Source of the DNA: Chiloscyllium plagiosum
Taxonomy: Eukaryota
Direction: 5' to 3'
Length of the DNA: 64,000 bases
NCBI RefSeq assembly: GCF_004010195.1
Contig: NC_057719.1
Span: 2,596,784 to 2,660,783, forward strand
Shown here piece after piece: positions 1 to 13,062 of the stretch. The first letter of the stretch is position 1, and every line of letters starts with the position of its first letter. The position numbers were made by a program, and so were the translations under genes. The notes under the pieces were generated by a model. That model ran no database searches. It had not been told where the DNA came from and saw only the letters and a list, made by a program, of their open reading frames with translations.

Positions 1-790
1 ACAGGATCTTGACCAGATAGGCCAATGGGCTGAGAAGTGGCAGATGGAGTTTGATTCAGATAAATGTGAGGTGCTGCATTTTGGGAAAGCAAATCTTAGC
101 AGGACTTATACACATTATGGGAAGGTCCGAGGGAGTGTTCTGAACAAAGAGACCTTGGAGTGCAGGTTCATAGCTCCTTGAAAGTGGAGTCACAGGTAGA
201 TAGGATAGTGAAGGCGGCGTTTGGTATGCTTTCCTATATTGGTCAGAGTATTGAGTACAGGAGTTCGGAGGTCATGTTGGAAAATTGCATGCAATTCTGG
301 TCTCCTTCCTATCAGAAAGATGTTGTGAAACTTGAAAGAGTTCAGAAAAGATTTACAAGGATATTGCCAGGGTTGGAGGATCTGAGATACAGGGAGACGC
401 TGAACAGGCTGGGGCTGTTTTCCCTGGAGCGTCGGAGACTGAGGGGTGATCTTATAGAGGTTTACAAAATTATGAGGGCATGGATAGGGTAAATAGGACT
501 AGAGGGCATAGGTTTAAGGTGAGAGGAGAAAGATATAAAAGAGACCTAAGGGTCAACCTTTTCACACAGAGGGTGGTACGGGTATGGAATGAGCTGCCAG
601 AGGAAGTGGTGGAGGCTGGTACAATTGCAACATTTAAAAGGAATTTGGATGGGTATATTGAATAGGAAGGGTTTGGAAGGATATGGGTCGGGTGCTGGCA
701 GGTGGGACTAGATTGGGTTGGGATATCTAGTTGGCATGGATGGGTTGGACCGAAGGGTCTGTTTCCATGCTGTACATCTCTATGACTCTA
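1..790 (+). mobile_element. CR1-clade (HER1-like) LINE, 3' part of ORF2 and 3' tail, degraded
   Basis: ORF pieces QFWSPSYQKDVVKLERVQKRFTR, LGLFSLERRRLRGDLIEVYKI and TRGHRFKV...FTQRVVRVWNELP; ends in CTCTATGACTCTA tail; runs off the window start. Confidence 0.92.
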
Positions 791-794
791 TATG

Positions 795-1865
795 GAATCC
801 AGGGGCAGTTAGCCATTTGGATACAAAATTGGCTCTAAGTAGAAGACTGAGGATGGTGGTGGAGGATTGCTTTTCAGACTGGAGGCCTTACACCCGCAGT
901 GTGCTGCAAGGATCGGTGCTGGGTCCACAGCGTTTTCTCATTACATAAAGATTTGGATGAGAATATAGTAGGTATGGTTAGTAAGTTTGCAGATGACACC
1001 AAAATTGGAGACATAGTGGACAGTGAAGAAGGTTACCTCAGAGCACAATGAGATCTTGATCAAATGACCCAATGGGCTGATGAGTGCCAGATGGAGTTTA
1101 AACTTGATATATGTGAGGCGTTCAATTTTGGAAAGGCAGATCAGAGTAGGGGGTTACACACTTAATGGTAGGGTCCTGAGGAATGTTGCTGAACAAAGAG
1201 ATCTTGGAGTGCAGGTTCCTTGAAGGAAGAATCACAGGTAGACAGTGCAGTGGAGAAGGCATTTGAATATAGGAGTTGGGTTGTCATGTTGTGGTTGTAG
1301 AGGCTACATCAGTTGGACCGCTATTGGAATACTGCATTCAATTCTGGCCACCCTGCTATAAGAAAGATGTTATGAAACTTGAAAGGGTTCAGAAAAGAAT
1401 GTTGCCAGGGTTGGAGGATTTGAGCTACAGGGAGAGGCTGAACAGGCTGGGGCTGTTTTACCTGGAGCATCGAAGGCTGAAGGGTGACCTTATAGAGGTT
1501 TATAAAATCACGAGGCGTTTGGATAGGATAAATAGACAAGGTCTTTTTCCCAGGGTAGGGGAATCAAAGTTAGAGGGCATGGGTTTAGAGTGAGAGGGGA
1601 AAGATTTAAAAGGAACCTAAGGGGCAACTTTTTCACACAGAGGGTGGTGCATGTATGGAATGAGGTGCCAGAGGAAGTGGTGGACGTTGGTACAATTACA
1701 GCATTTAAAAGGCATCTGGATGGGTATATGAATAGGAAGGGTTTGGAGGGATATGGGCCAAGTGCTGGCAGGTGGGACTAGATTAGGTTGGGATATCTGG
1801 TTCGTGTGGACGAGTTGGACCAAAGGGTCTGTTTCCATATTGTACATCTCCATGACTATGTGACT
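795..1865 (+). mobile_element. CR1-clade LINE, 5'-truncated RT C-terminal half and tail
   Basis: LQGSVLGP, FADDTK (near 987-1004), LEYCIQFWPP and FFTQRVV motifs with stops and frameshifts; same tail as the first copy. Confidence 0.92.
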
Positions 1866-2235
1866 ACTTGCTTGACACCAAACTCATAACAATAAGATCA
1901 TAAGAAATGAGAGCTGACGTAGGCCATTCAGCCTATCGAAGAGGATTTGGAAGAAGACTCCCAGGAGAACAGTGGAAATGCTTTATTTTAGGAATGTCCT
2001 CTTAACATTCCCGATGAAGTAAAATATCACGGTAACTCATGAGAGATCCTAGCTTGTGACAGATTAAAATGGAGAAGGATAATTTGAGAAAATATCAAAG
2101 ATATTATGAAAATTTGTTTGGGAACCTGAATTGCCAATGTTGAGGAATTGGAGAGAACACACAAGCCTCCCAATAGCTCATCCACATGTCCTTTCAATCA
2201 CCAGCTAAACCAAATGTGACAAATCCTACATTGGG

Positions 2236-2352
2236 AGAAAGTGAGGACTGCTGATGCTGAAGATCAGAGTCAAAGAGTGTGGTGCTGGAAAAGCACAGCC
2301 GCTCAGGCAGCATCCGAGAAGCAGGAGAATCGACGTTTCGGGATTCCTGATG
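2236..2352 (-). mobile_element. Penelope-like terminal-repeat fragment (family A)
   Basis: Matches the reverse complement of the 3' terminus of the GIY-YIG-bearing copies (33630-33720, 53089-53177); degenerate TSD at 2221-2235 and 2353-2367. Confidence 0.75.
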
Positions 2353-3293
2353 AAATCCTATGTTAGGTATACCTGCCATTTCAGACCCATCAAACTGCAA
2401 TGGAACAAGTCATCCTTGAACACAATGGATTATTTTCAAAGAAAAAGAAATTGGATTGAAATTGTTGCTAGAAATGACCAACTAACACTTCACACATTCA
2501 AATGACTCCTATGTGGATAGCTGATGAATTATTCAAGTTGTTTTAAATAGCTTAACTGTTCTAATGAAAATATAGAGAAATGTTTTACAAACATAACCAA
2601 CATGCATCTCCCTCAATACCAACAGTAATTTGTCGCTTTATATTTTAAAAGATGTATAAGATGTTTCGTGTACAAATTGGTATCAGAAATGGAAATGATA
2701 TTGAGATGTGATAACTTATCAGATTCAGTACTATGAATTTCTTTAGATAGCAGTCAAAAGGTTCAAAAAAGTCATGTCTATCTGCAGTACAAAGTCATAA
2801 CTGCCAGAAGGGAAATGAAAGTATTTTAACTCAATGACAGCAAACAAACAGCGATATATTTCCAAGTCAGCAGCATATTTGAATGGCTTGGGAAGGAACA
2901 CCAGGGCGTGGTGTTGCATGTATCTGCTGCCCTTGTCCTTCTCGGTGCGAGGAGTCTCTGGTTTGGAAGGTGCTATCAAAAGAGCCTCAGGGAGTTGTTG
3001 CAGTGAGTCTTGCAGACAGTACACACCGCTACTACTGAATGTCAGTGATGGAGGGAGTGGATGTTTGTGGACGTGGTGCCAATCAAGTGGCTGCTTTGTC
3101 CTGGATGGTGTCAAATTTCTTGATTGCTGTTGGAGCTGCCCCCATCCAGGCAAGTGGGGAGTATTCCATCACACTCCTGACTTGAGGCTTATAGGTAAGA
3201 ACGCCAATATTTCACACCTTGTGTTATAACTGTTACTTGCTGCTTGTTAGTCCAAGCCTGAATATTGCCAGGTCTTGCTATATTAGGATATGG

Positions 3294-3483
3294 ACATCAG
3301 TTCAGGTAGCATCCAAGGAGCAGTAAAATCCACGTTTCGGGCAAAAGCCCTTCTTGATGAAGGGCTTTTGCCTGAAATGTCGATTTTACTGCTCCTCGGA
3401 TGCTGCCTGAACTGCTGTGCTTTTCCAGCACCACTCCACTCCAGAATCTGGTTTCCAGCATCTGCAGTCATTGTTTTTTATCC
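3294..3483. mobile_element. Fold-back (inverted) Penelope terminal mini-insertion
   Basis: Inverted arms 3298-3353 and 3359-3414; TSD ATTAGGA(T/C)ATGG at 3282-3293 and 3484-3495. Confidence 0.8.
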
Positions 3484-3612
3484 ATTAGGACATGGTCTGC
3501 TTCAGCATCTGTGAAGTCATGAATGGTGTTGAATGTTGTGCAATCATTAGTGAACACTCTGAATTCTTTCTTTATGATGGAACAAAGGTAATTAATGAAA
3601 AGAGCCACAGGG

Positions 3613-4032
3613 AAAGGTTGAGCAGGCTGGGGCTGTTTTCCCTGCAGGCTGAGGGGTGACCTTTTGGAGGCTCATAAAATCATGAGGGGTATGGATAAGG
3701 TAAATAGACAAGAACATTTTCCCAGGATAAGGGAGTCCAAAGCTCGAGGGCATAGTTTTAGGGTGAGAGGGGCAAGATACAAAAGGGACCCAAGAGATAA
3801 CTTTTTTGTGCAGAGGGTGGTGCCAGAATGAGCTGCCAGAAGAAGTGGTGGATGCTGCTACAATTACAACATTTAAAAGGCATCTGGATGGGTACACGAA
3901 TAGGAAGGGTTTAGAGGGATATGGGCCGGGTGCTGGCAAATAGGACTAGATTAGGTTAGGACATCTGGGTGGATGGGCAAGTTAGATCGAAGGGTCTGTT
4001 TCCGTGCTGTACATCTCTATGACTCTATGACT
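3613..4032 (+). mobile_element. CR1-clade LINE 3' end
   Basis: Same sequence as 400-790; CTCTATGACTCTATGACT tail. Confidence 0.9.
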
Positions 4033-4140
4033 GGAGACCGTTGCACCTTGGACATTCCTCTGAGGAACTCCTATAGTGATATCCTCGGATTGAGATGATT
4101 GACCTCCAACAATCATAATCATCTTCCTTTTGTGCTAAGC

Positions 4141-6430
4141 ATAGAACATTACAGCGCAGTACAGGCCCTTCGGCCCTCGATGTTGCGCCGACCTGTCATA
4201 CCAATCTGAAGCCCATCTAACCTACACTATTCCATGTACGTCCATATGCTTGTCCAATGATGACTTAAATGTACTTAAAATTGGTGAATCTACTACCGTT
4301 ACAGGCAAAGCATTCCATACCCTTACTACTCTCTGAGTAAAGAAACTACCTCTGACATTTGTCCTATATCTATCACCNNNNNNNNNNNNNNNNNNNNNNN
4401 NNNNNNNNNNNNNNNNNNNNNNNNNNNNNNNNNNNNNNNNNNNNNNNNNNNNNNNNNNNNNNNNNNNNNNNNNNNNNNNNNNNNNNNNNNNNNNNNNNNN
4501 NNNNNNNNNNNNNNNNNNNNNNNNNNNNNNNNNNNNNNNNNNNNNNNNNNNNNNNNNNNNNNNNNNNNNNNNNNNNNNNNNNNNNNNNNNNNNNNNNNNN
4601 NNNNNNNNNNNNNNNNNNNNNNNNNNNNNNNNNNNNNNNNNNNNNNNNNNNNNNNNNNNNNNNNNNNNNNNNNNNNNNNNNNNNNNNNNNNNNNNNNNNN
4701 NNNNNNNNNNNNNNNNNNNNNNNNNNNNNNNNNNNNNNNNNNNNNNNNNNNNNNNNNNNNNNNNNNNNNNNNNNNNNNNNNNNNNNNNNNNNNNNNNNNN
4801 NNNNNNNNNNNNNNNNNNNNNNNNNNNNNNNNNNNNNNNNNNNNNNNNNNNNNNNNNNNNNNNNNNNNNNNNNNNNNNNNNNNNNNNNNNNNNNNNNNNN
4901 NNNNNNNNNNNNNNNNNNNNNNNNNNNNNNNNNNNNNNNNNNNNNNNNNNNNNNNNNNNNNNNNNNNNNNNNNNNNNNNNNNNNNNNNNNNNNNNNNNNN
5001 NNNNNNNNNNNNNNNNNNNNNNNNNNNNNNNNNNNNNNNNNNNNNNNNNNNNNNNNNNNNNNNNNNNNNNNNNNNNNNNNNNNNNNNNNNNNNNNNNNNN
5101 NNNNNNNNNNNNNNNNNNNNNNNNNNNNNNNNNNNNNNNNNNNNNNNNNNNNNNNNNNNNNNNNNNNNNNNNNNNNNNNNNNNNNNNNNNNNNNNNNNNN
5201 NNNNNNNNNNNNNNNNNNNNNNNNNNNNNNNNNNNNNNNNNNNNNNNNNNNNNNNNNNNNNNNNNNNNNNNNNNNNNNNNNNNNNNNNNNNNNNNNNNNN
5301 NNNNNNNNCAGAGGATCCTAGGATAAATCCCATCCGGCCCAGGGGACTTATCTATTTTCACACTCTGCAGGATTTCTAATACCTTTTCCTTGTGAACCTC
5401 AATCCCACCCAGTCTAGTAGTCTGTATCTCAGTATTCTCCTCAATAACATTGTCGTTTTCTAGAGTGAAACCTGTCATTTAGTGCTTCCCCTATCTCCTC
5501 TGACTCCACACACAACTTCCCACTACTATCCTTGATTGGCTCTAATCTTACTCTTGTCATTCTTTTATTCCTTAAATACCTATAAAAAGCCTTAGGGTTT
5601 ACCTCGATCCTATCTGCCAACAACTTCTCATGTCTCCTCCTGGCTCTTCTGAGTTCTCTCTTTAGGTCTTTCCTGGCTACCTTGTAACCCTCAAGCGCCC
5701 TAACTGAGCCTTCACATCTCATCCTAACATAAATCTTCTTCTTCCTCTTGACCAGAGATTCCACTTCCTTCGTAAACCGCAGCTCCCGCGCTCTACAGCT
5801 TCCTCCCTACCTGACAGGTACATACTTATCTAGGACACAAGGAGCTTTTCCTTGAATAAGCTCCACATTTCTAATGTGCCCATCCCTTGCAGTTTCCTTC
5901 TCCATCCTATGCTTCCTAAATCTTGCCTAATCGCATTGTAATTGCCTTTCCCCCAGCAGTAACTCTTGCCCAGTGGTATACACCTATCCCTTTCTATCAC
6001 TAAAGTAAACATACCAGAATTGTGATCGCTATCACCAAAGTGCTCACCTGCTTCCAAGTTTAACACCTGGCTGGGCTCATTACCCAGTACCAAATCTAAT
6101 GTGGCTTCGCCCCTTGTTGGGTTGTCTACATACTGTGTCAGGAAGCCCTTCTGCAAACACTGGACAAAAACTCATACTATGATGTTCCCAGTCAATATTT
6201 GGAATTGAGAATCATCTTTGCTATCCTTTCCTCTACATCTCTGGAACTATTCGGAGGCCTATAGAAAACTTCCAACAGGGTGACCTCTTCTTTCCTGTTT
6301 CTAACCTCAGCCCATACTACCTCAGCTGACGAGTCCTCAAACATTCTTTCTGCAACTGTAATACTGTCCTTGATCAACAATGCCACACCTCCCCCTCTTT
6401 TACTGTCTTCTCTGTTCTTACTGAAACATC
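4141..6430 (-). mobile_element. CR1-clade LINE (second subfamily), endonuclease region to 3' tail, spanning a gap
   Basis: EVFYRPPNS, LDLVLGNEP...FGDSDHN, DKSPGPDGIYPRIL and FFTQRVVRVWNALP; same subfamily as 56396-60463. Confidence 0.9.
4378..5308. other. Assembly gap (N run)
   Basis: Run of N. Confidence 1.
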
Positions 6431-6841
6431 ATGACTCCAACCAATTGGGAATTTTACCCTGGACTCTCACTAACTCCAGTTTTGCTATGGCTCCCTGATG
6501 TCATATTTGGTCAAATTTATATTGAGGTCAAGGACAGCCACTATCACTGTGTTTGAGCCAAGGCTCAAGTGAGGTTAGAAACTAAGTGGCCCTGGGGGAA
6601 CCCAAACTGGGCATCACTGAGCAGGTTATTGCTGAGCAGGTGCTGCTTGATAGCACGGTTGGTGACCCCTTCCAGCACTTTACTGATGATCGAGAGTAGA
6701 CTGATGGGGCAGTAGCCTCCCACATTAAATTTGTCCTGCTTTGTGTGAACAGGACAAATCTGAGCAATTTTCTGCATTGCTTCACTACTGAAAAATTTCT
6801 GAATGGCAAACAGAAAATGCTGAAAGTGGTAATCCTGTTTT

Positions 6842-6910
6842 ACACACAGACACAGACACACCCACATACAAACACATACACTCGCCCCACACACATACAC
6901 ACACCCACCC
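6842..6910. repeat. Degenerate (CA)n microsatellite
   Basis: ACACAGACACAGACACACCCACATACA... Confidence 0.8.
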
Positions 6911-7101
6911 CCCATCCCCCCAGAAGGAGAACTTGTCCAATATTCATCATTGAGTCAACATCACTAAAATAGATGATCTGATCATGTTCTAGAAGGACAA
7001 GGTCAGCAGATACATGGGAACACCATCAACTGCAAGTTCTCCTCCAAGTCACTCACCATCCTGTGATGATACTGTGGCTTTAAGAGTTTTTTTTTCTGTT
7101 A

Positions 7102-7343
7102 AAATAGAGGCTTTAAGACAGAGGCACCAACCTGTCCAGTTAGAAAGCCAATGAATTAAACAGCTTGTGAGGTCTTGGGTTTTTTTTTAAAGTTGTAACA
7201 ATAGGAGCCTGAATGGGTGTGGTAAATAGAGGCTTTAAGACAGAGGCACCAACCTGTCCAGTTAGAAAAAAAAAAAAAAAAACAGCTTGTGAGGTCTTGG
7301 GTTTTTTTTAAAGTTGTAACAATAGGAGCCTGAATGGGTGTGG
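7102..7343 (+). repeat. Tandem duplication of about 120 bp inside the LTR
   Basis: AAATAGAGGCTTTAAGACAGAGGC...GAATGGGTGTGGT occurs twice; the second copy has an A-run in place of GCCAATGAATT. Confidence 0.9.
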
Positions 7344-7685
7344 TCAAACTCCCATGGAACCAGGATCTTTAGTTTAGCTTTCAGCAGTTACTGTTGGGGT
7401 CATGAAGAAGTGGAAACTATTTTTCCCCTCTCTCAGTTAGAGTCAACAGCTGGGGGCTCTCTGCCTGTTACAGGAGTTGCATGTGAGACAACCTGTTATC
7501 TGAATTTGCCGTTTGCCAAGGGTATGTTTATGGGATGTTACTATATTGGAATAGTTAATAGTTACTGTATCTATTATTCTGTTATGTTTTCCAATAGATT
7601 CAAGTTATCCTTATTCCTTCTTTCTTTTGTTGTATTTTAACTATAGTGGATGAATAAAGTGTGTTTTGCTTCAAATCTGATTTGA

Positions 7686-9707
7686 CCCTAGAACTCTGTG
7701 GGAAGCTAGAGAAGTGATTGCTGGGCCTCTTACTGAGATACTTGTATCATTGGTAGTCACAGGTGAGGTGCTGAAAGACTGGAGGTTGACTAACATGGTG
7801 CCACTGTTTAAGAAAGGTGTTAAGGATAAGCCAGGGAACTATAGACCGGTGAGCCTGACCTCGGTGGTGGGCAAATTGTTGGAGGGAATCCTGAGGGACA
7901 GAATGTACATGTATTTGGAAAGGCAAGGACTGATTAGGGATAGTCAACATGGCTTTGAGTGTGGGAAATCATGTCTCACAAACTTGATTGAGTTTTATGA
8001 AGAAGTAACAAAGAGGATTGATGAGGGCAGAGCGGTAGATGTGATCTATATGGACTTCAGTAAGGCTTTTGACAAGCTTCCCCATGGGAGACTGATTAGC
8101 AAGGTTAGATCTCACGGAATACAGGGAGAACTAGCCATTTGAATACAGAACTGGCTCATAGGTAGAAGACAGAGGGTGGTGGTGGAGGGTTGTTTTTCAG
8201 ACTGGAGGCCTGTGACCAGTGGAGTGCCACAAGGATCGGTGCTGGGTCCACCACTTTTCATCACTTTTTTTCTTTCTTTCTCCCCCACACTCCCGCCTAA
8301 CTACAGTAGTGCTTATACTTTTCCCCAGCACCCATCTGGTGTGTGTGCAGGTGTGAGACACAATGAAAGACAACAGGTGTACAAATCTTTATTCAATTTC
8401 CACCACCAGAAAGAAAGGAAACACCCGAGTGGCCAGTGACAAGCAGTGCCCTTCACATCAGAGGGCAGTGCTGCGTGATCAAACAGTGAAGGGGGAGGGC
8501 AGGGACTAAATCAAAATAGAGTTGTGGGGGAAATAATACACTCCACTCCCTGCGGCGCCCACCTCTCCCTGAACAACTCCAGGGTGTTGGTGGACACCGC
8601 GTGCTCCTTCTCCAGGGACACCAAGGCTCGGATGTAGCCGTGGAAGAGGGGCAGGCAGTCGGCCCTAACGACTCTCTCCACAGCCCACTGCCTGGACCTG
8701 TTTATGGCCAGTTTGGTCGGGCCCAGGAGCAGAACTTTTTGCCATTTATATAAATGATTCAGATGTGAGCATAAGAGGTATAGTTAATAAGTTTGCATAT
8801 GACACCAAAATTGGAGGTGTAGTGAATAGCAAAGAAGGTTATCTCAGATTACAACGGGATCAATTCAGATGGGCCAATGGGCTGAGAAGTGGCAGATGGA
8901 GTTTAATTCAGATAAATGCGAGGTGCTGCATTTTGGAAAAGCAAATCTTAGCAGGACTTATACACTTAATGGTAAGGTCCTAGGGAGTGTTGCTGAACAA
9001 AGAGACCTTGGAGTGCAGGTTCATAGCTCCTTGAAAGTGGAGTTGCAGGTAGATAAGATAGTGAAGAAGGTGTTTGGTATGCTTTCCTTTATTGGTCAGA
9101 GTATTGAGTACAGGAGTTGGGAGGTCATGTTGTGGCTGTGCAGGACATTGGTTAGGCCACTGTTGGAATATTGCGTGCAAATCTGGTCTCCTTCCTATCG
9201 GAAAGGTATTGTAAAACGTGCAAGGGTTCAAAAAAGATTTACACGGATGTTGCCAGGCTTGGAGGATTTGAGCTACAGGGAGAGGCTGAACAGGCTGGGG
9301 CTGTTTTCTCTGGAGCATCGGAGGCTGAGGGTGACCTTATAGAGTTTATAAAATCATGAGGGGCATGGATAGGGTAAATAGACAAAGTCTTTTCTCTGGG
9401 GTGGGAGTGTTCAGAACTAAAGGGCATAGGTTTAGGGTGAGAGGGGAAAGATATAAAAGAGACCTAAGGGGCTACTTTTTCATGCAGAGGGTGGTACATG
9501 TATGGAATGAGCTGCCAGAGGAAGTGGTGGAGGCTGGTACAATTGCAACATTTAAGAGGCATTTGGATGGGTATATGAATAGGAAGGGTTTGGAGAGATA
9601 TGGGCCAGGTACTGGCAGGTGGGTTTAGATTGGGTTGGGATATCTGGGCAGCATGGATGAGTTGGACTGAAAGGTCTGTTTCCATGCTGTTCGTCTCTAT
9701 GACTCTA
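7686..9707 (+). mobile_element. CR1-clade LINE, RT domain to 3' tail
   Basis: [49 protein letters not shown] and C-terminal motifs. Confidence 0.93.
8264..8733 (-). mobile_element. Tx1-clade non-LTR retrotransposon 3' fragment
   Basis: Minus translation LLLGPTKLAINRSRQWAVERVVRADCLPLFHGYIRALVSLEKEHAVSTNTLELFRERWAPQG resembles the Tx1 ORF2 C-terminus; AATAAA and A-rich tail; degenerate 11-bp TSD at 8253-8263 and 8734-8744. Confidence 0.75.
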
Positions 9708-11838
9708 ATTGCATTGCATCTGAAACATGTTACATTTATCTTTAAAATAGGAAAAAGATAGGGTCCAATTTGGTCTGGTTCATAACCATCCTGACTTGGA
9801 AATCTATCGCTGCTTGTTCAGTCTGACTGGATCAGAATCCTGGAATTCCTTCCCTCAGGGCATTGTGGGTCTACCTACAGCACACAGACCTCAGTGTGAA
9901 GAAGTGAACATGTGAATAAAAAATATCATGATCACATTACTGATACTTTTTTATTTATTCATGGGACATGGGTGTCACTAGCTGGGCCCACCATTTACTG
10001 CCCGTCCCAGTTGCCCCTTGAGAAGGTGGGGGTGAGCTGCCTTCTTGAACCGCTGCAGGCCATGTGCTGCAGGTAGACCCACAATGCCTTGAGGAAGGGA
10101 ATTCCAGGATTTTAACTCATGAGATCATGTTGTGTTCAATTTGCAATTGGCTGTCGTATGCTCCATTGGAACAGTGCCTACACTTCAATGAACACTGCTT
10201 TATCAGCTGGAATACTCCAAGAAAGATGGTATTAAAATGCAAGTTGCTCAATTGTTGACTTTCATATTCACCCAATACTTCTTCAGAGTAATTAAAAATA
10301 CAAAGCACTTGTTTATTTTATTTCCCCAACTAATTTTCAGGAAGTGGGTGTTGCTGGCAAAGCGAGCACATTTTATTGCACATTCCCCAAATGTCCTTGA
10401 GAAGGTGGTGGTGAGCTGTCTTTCTGAACTACTGCAATGTACAGTAGGTTGTTGTTAGGCAGAGAAATGAAAGATTATCGAATGTCAATGCGAATGTGGA
10501 ATTCAAACTACAGCCGGGATCAGCTAGGTTAGTATTGAATGGCAAAGCAAACTCAATAATCTAATGGTCTATTTCTAGAGGGATTAATAGAGTTTTGAAG
10601 TACAAAAGCAGGAAGGTTATATTCTACATGTATAAGACACTTGTACAGCCTCAGCTGGCATATAGCGTACTTTATTGGTGCTGCCTCACAAACTAAACCC
10701 CTTTTGTTAAGAGAAAACTTCTCTTTTGAATAAATGCCTGACTCTTTGAAATGAAGCCAAATGGTCCCTGGTCTGTCTTTTCTGTCAGTTGCAAACTCAA
10801 CAGAACAAACTTTCTATCAATTCACACAACTATCCTGTTAGGCACTTGACTGGACCATATGCTTTCTTGGAATTGATGTATTAAGTTATAAGACCATACG
10901 ACATAGAAGCAGTAATTAGGCCATTCAGCCCATCAAGTCAGCTCCACCATTCAATCATAGTTGATAAATTTCTCAAACCCATTCTCCTGGCTTCTCCCCA
11001 TAACCCTTGATCCCTTTGACAAACAAGAACCTATCTATCTCCGTCTTAATTATACTGTTTCAAATGACTTTCTGACCAAAACAAAAAAAATTACCTTCTT
11101 AGAATGTAAGTCAAATTCTCCTTAAAAAATTTCAAAATCCAAAATAACAATAATAGATTATACATGCCTTTCAACCTGGATATATACACTTTTACACTTT
11201 TGTAGACTGCAGGATAGATTGGGAGTGCAGTTAATAAAGTATTTAATCCTGGGTTTTATCAATAGGGCCACAGATTAAAATAGTAAGGAGGTGATGTTGA
11301 ATTTGTACATGACACTAGTTAAGCCTCAGCTGGAGTATTTTAGAACATGGAACACAGAACATTACAGTGCAGTGCAGGTCCTTCGGCCCTCGATGTTGCG
11401 CTGACCTGTGGAACCAATCTGAATTTTGTCCAGTTTTGGGCTTTTGGATGTGAAATTTATGATGAGAGTGCAGAAAAGACTCAGGATGCTTCAGTTATGA
11501 AACTTCAGTTATGAAGATAAATCAGAGAAGCTAGGGTAGTTTCCTTTTTTTGCAGCAGAGAGCGGCGGGAGCTGGGCGGAAGTGAAGTCGGAGCACAGAG
11601 GCTGTTGGGAAGGTGGGTGAGTGTTATTTAAGTAGGCGTGTTCTAGGCCCCAGGTCCTACACAGTAGGGCCTCCTTCCCACCCCCCTCCTCTAACCTAAA
11701 TTAAAAGTCCACAGACTTGCAACAAAACACAGGGGTCGAGGGTAGTTTCTGTTGAGAAAAGAGCGAGTCTTTGGCTCAGGAGTCTTTGACAAAGAAGTTG
11801 AGTGAAGTGATTACGCCACAGTTGAAGAGGGTGAAGAC

Positions 11839-12123
11839 ATGACTGCCAAGCTGATTCAGTGTACCGCGTGCATGATGTGGGAGGTCAGGGACTCTGGTGT
11901 AGCTGGCTCGTATAACTGTGGAAAGTGTGTACACGTTCAGCTTCTGACAGAGCATATTGCAGCACTGAAGAAAGAACTAGATGACCTCAGGCTCATCTGA
12001 GAGAACGAGATCTTTCTGGACAGGACCTTCAGCGAGGTTATTACACCGAGCATACCAGAAGAGAGTAGAAGGGAGAAGACGATGAGGAAGGCAGAGATGA
12101 GACAAGTGCAAGAGACCCCGGGG
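11839..12123 (+). pseudogene. CR1 ORF1 N-terminus (zinc finger and coiled coil), premature stop
   Basis: MTAKLIQCTACMMWEV...YNCGKCVHVQLLTEHIAALKKELDDLRLI then TGA at 11998; continues into the gap; homologous to 56681-57037. Confidence 0.8.
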
Positions 12124-13062
12124 NNNNNNNNNNNNNNNNNNNNNNNNNNNNNNNNNNNNNNNNNNNNNNNNNNNNNNNNNNNNNNNNNNNNNNNNNNNNN
12201 NNNNNNNNNNNNNNNNNNNNNNNNNNNNNNNNNNNNNNNNNNNNNNNNNNNNNNNNNNNNNNNNNNNNNNNNNNNNNNNNNNNNNNNNNNNNNNNNNNNN
12301 NNNNNNNNNNNNNNNNNNNNNNNNNNNNNNNNNNNNNNNNNNNNNNNNNNNNNNNNNNNNNNNNNNNNNNNNNNNNNNNNNNNNNNNNNNNNNNNNNNNN
12401 NNNNNNNNNNNNNNNNNNNNNNNNNNNNNNNNNNNNNNNNNNNNNNNNNNNNNNNNNNNNNNNNNNNNNNNNNNNNNNNNNNNNNNNNNNNNNNNNNNNN
12501 NNNNNNNNNNNNNNNNNNNNNNNNNNNNNNNNNNNNNNNNNNNNNNNNNNNNNNNNNNNNNNNNNNNNNNNNNNNNNNNNNNNNNNNNNNNNNNNNNNNN
12601 NNNNNNNNNNNNNNNNNNNNNNNNNNNNNNNNNNNNNNNNNNNNNNNNNNNNNNNNNNNNNNNNNNNNNNNNNNNNNNNNNNNNNNNNNNNNNNNNNNNN
12701 NNNNNNNNNNNNNNNNNNNNNNNNNNNNNNNNNNNNNNNNNNNNNNNNNNNNNNNNNNNNNNNNNNNNNNNNNNNNNNNNNNNNNNNNNNNNNNNNNNNN
12801 NNNNNNNNNNNNNNNNNNNNNNNNNNNNNNNNNNNNNNNNNNNNNNNNNNNNNNNNNNNNNNNNNNNNNNNNNNNNNNNNNNNNNNNNNNNNNNNNNNNN
12901 NNNNNNNNNNNNNNNNNNNNNNNNNNNNNNNNNNNNNNNNNNNNNNNNNNNNNNNNNNNNNNNNNNNNNNNNNNNNNNNNNNNNNNNNNNNNNNNNNNNN
13001 NNNNNNNNNNNNNNNNNNNNNNNNNNNNNNNNNNNNNNNNNNNNNNNNNNNNNNNNNNNNNN
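12124..13062. other. Assembly gap (N run)
   Basis: Run of N. Confidence 1.

Larger units (their letters stand above)
2870..6790 (-). mobile_element. Older CR1/L2-group LINE, fragmented by younger insertions
   Basis: Minus ORF 6565-6915 contains CPISLLSIISKVLEG...HLLSNNLLSDAQFGF (RT N-terminal region); collinear remnants at about 2870-3280, 3495-3610, 4033-4140 and 6480-6790. Confidence 0.65.
7062..9787 (+). mobile_element. Solo LTR (probably Gypsy-type) interrupted by a CR1
   Basis: Starts TGTGATG, ends GGTCTGGTTCATAACC; 4-bp TSD ATCC at 7058-7061 and 9788-9791; AATAAA at 7653; homologous to the reverse complement of 16840-17742. Confidence 0.75.

Noticed and set aside
2369..2410. Possible minus-strand micro-exon (DDLFHCSLMGLKWQ or FDGSEMA)
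   Set aside because: Weak donor GTATAC adjacent to a transposon TSD; no recognisable peptide
4222..5478. Long ORFs of 136-418 aa spanning the gaps (also 11977-13296 and 54589-55467)
   Set aside because: Artefacts of translating N runs
7714..9628. RT-like ORFs as a functional gene
   Set aside because: Frameshifted, stop-containing CR1 ORF2 fragments; no intact ORF2 is visible anywhere in the window
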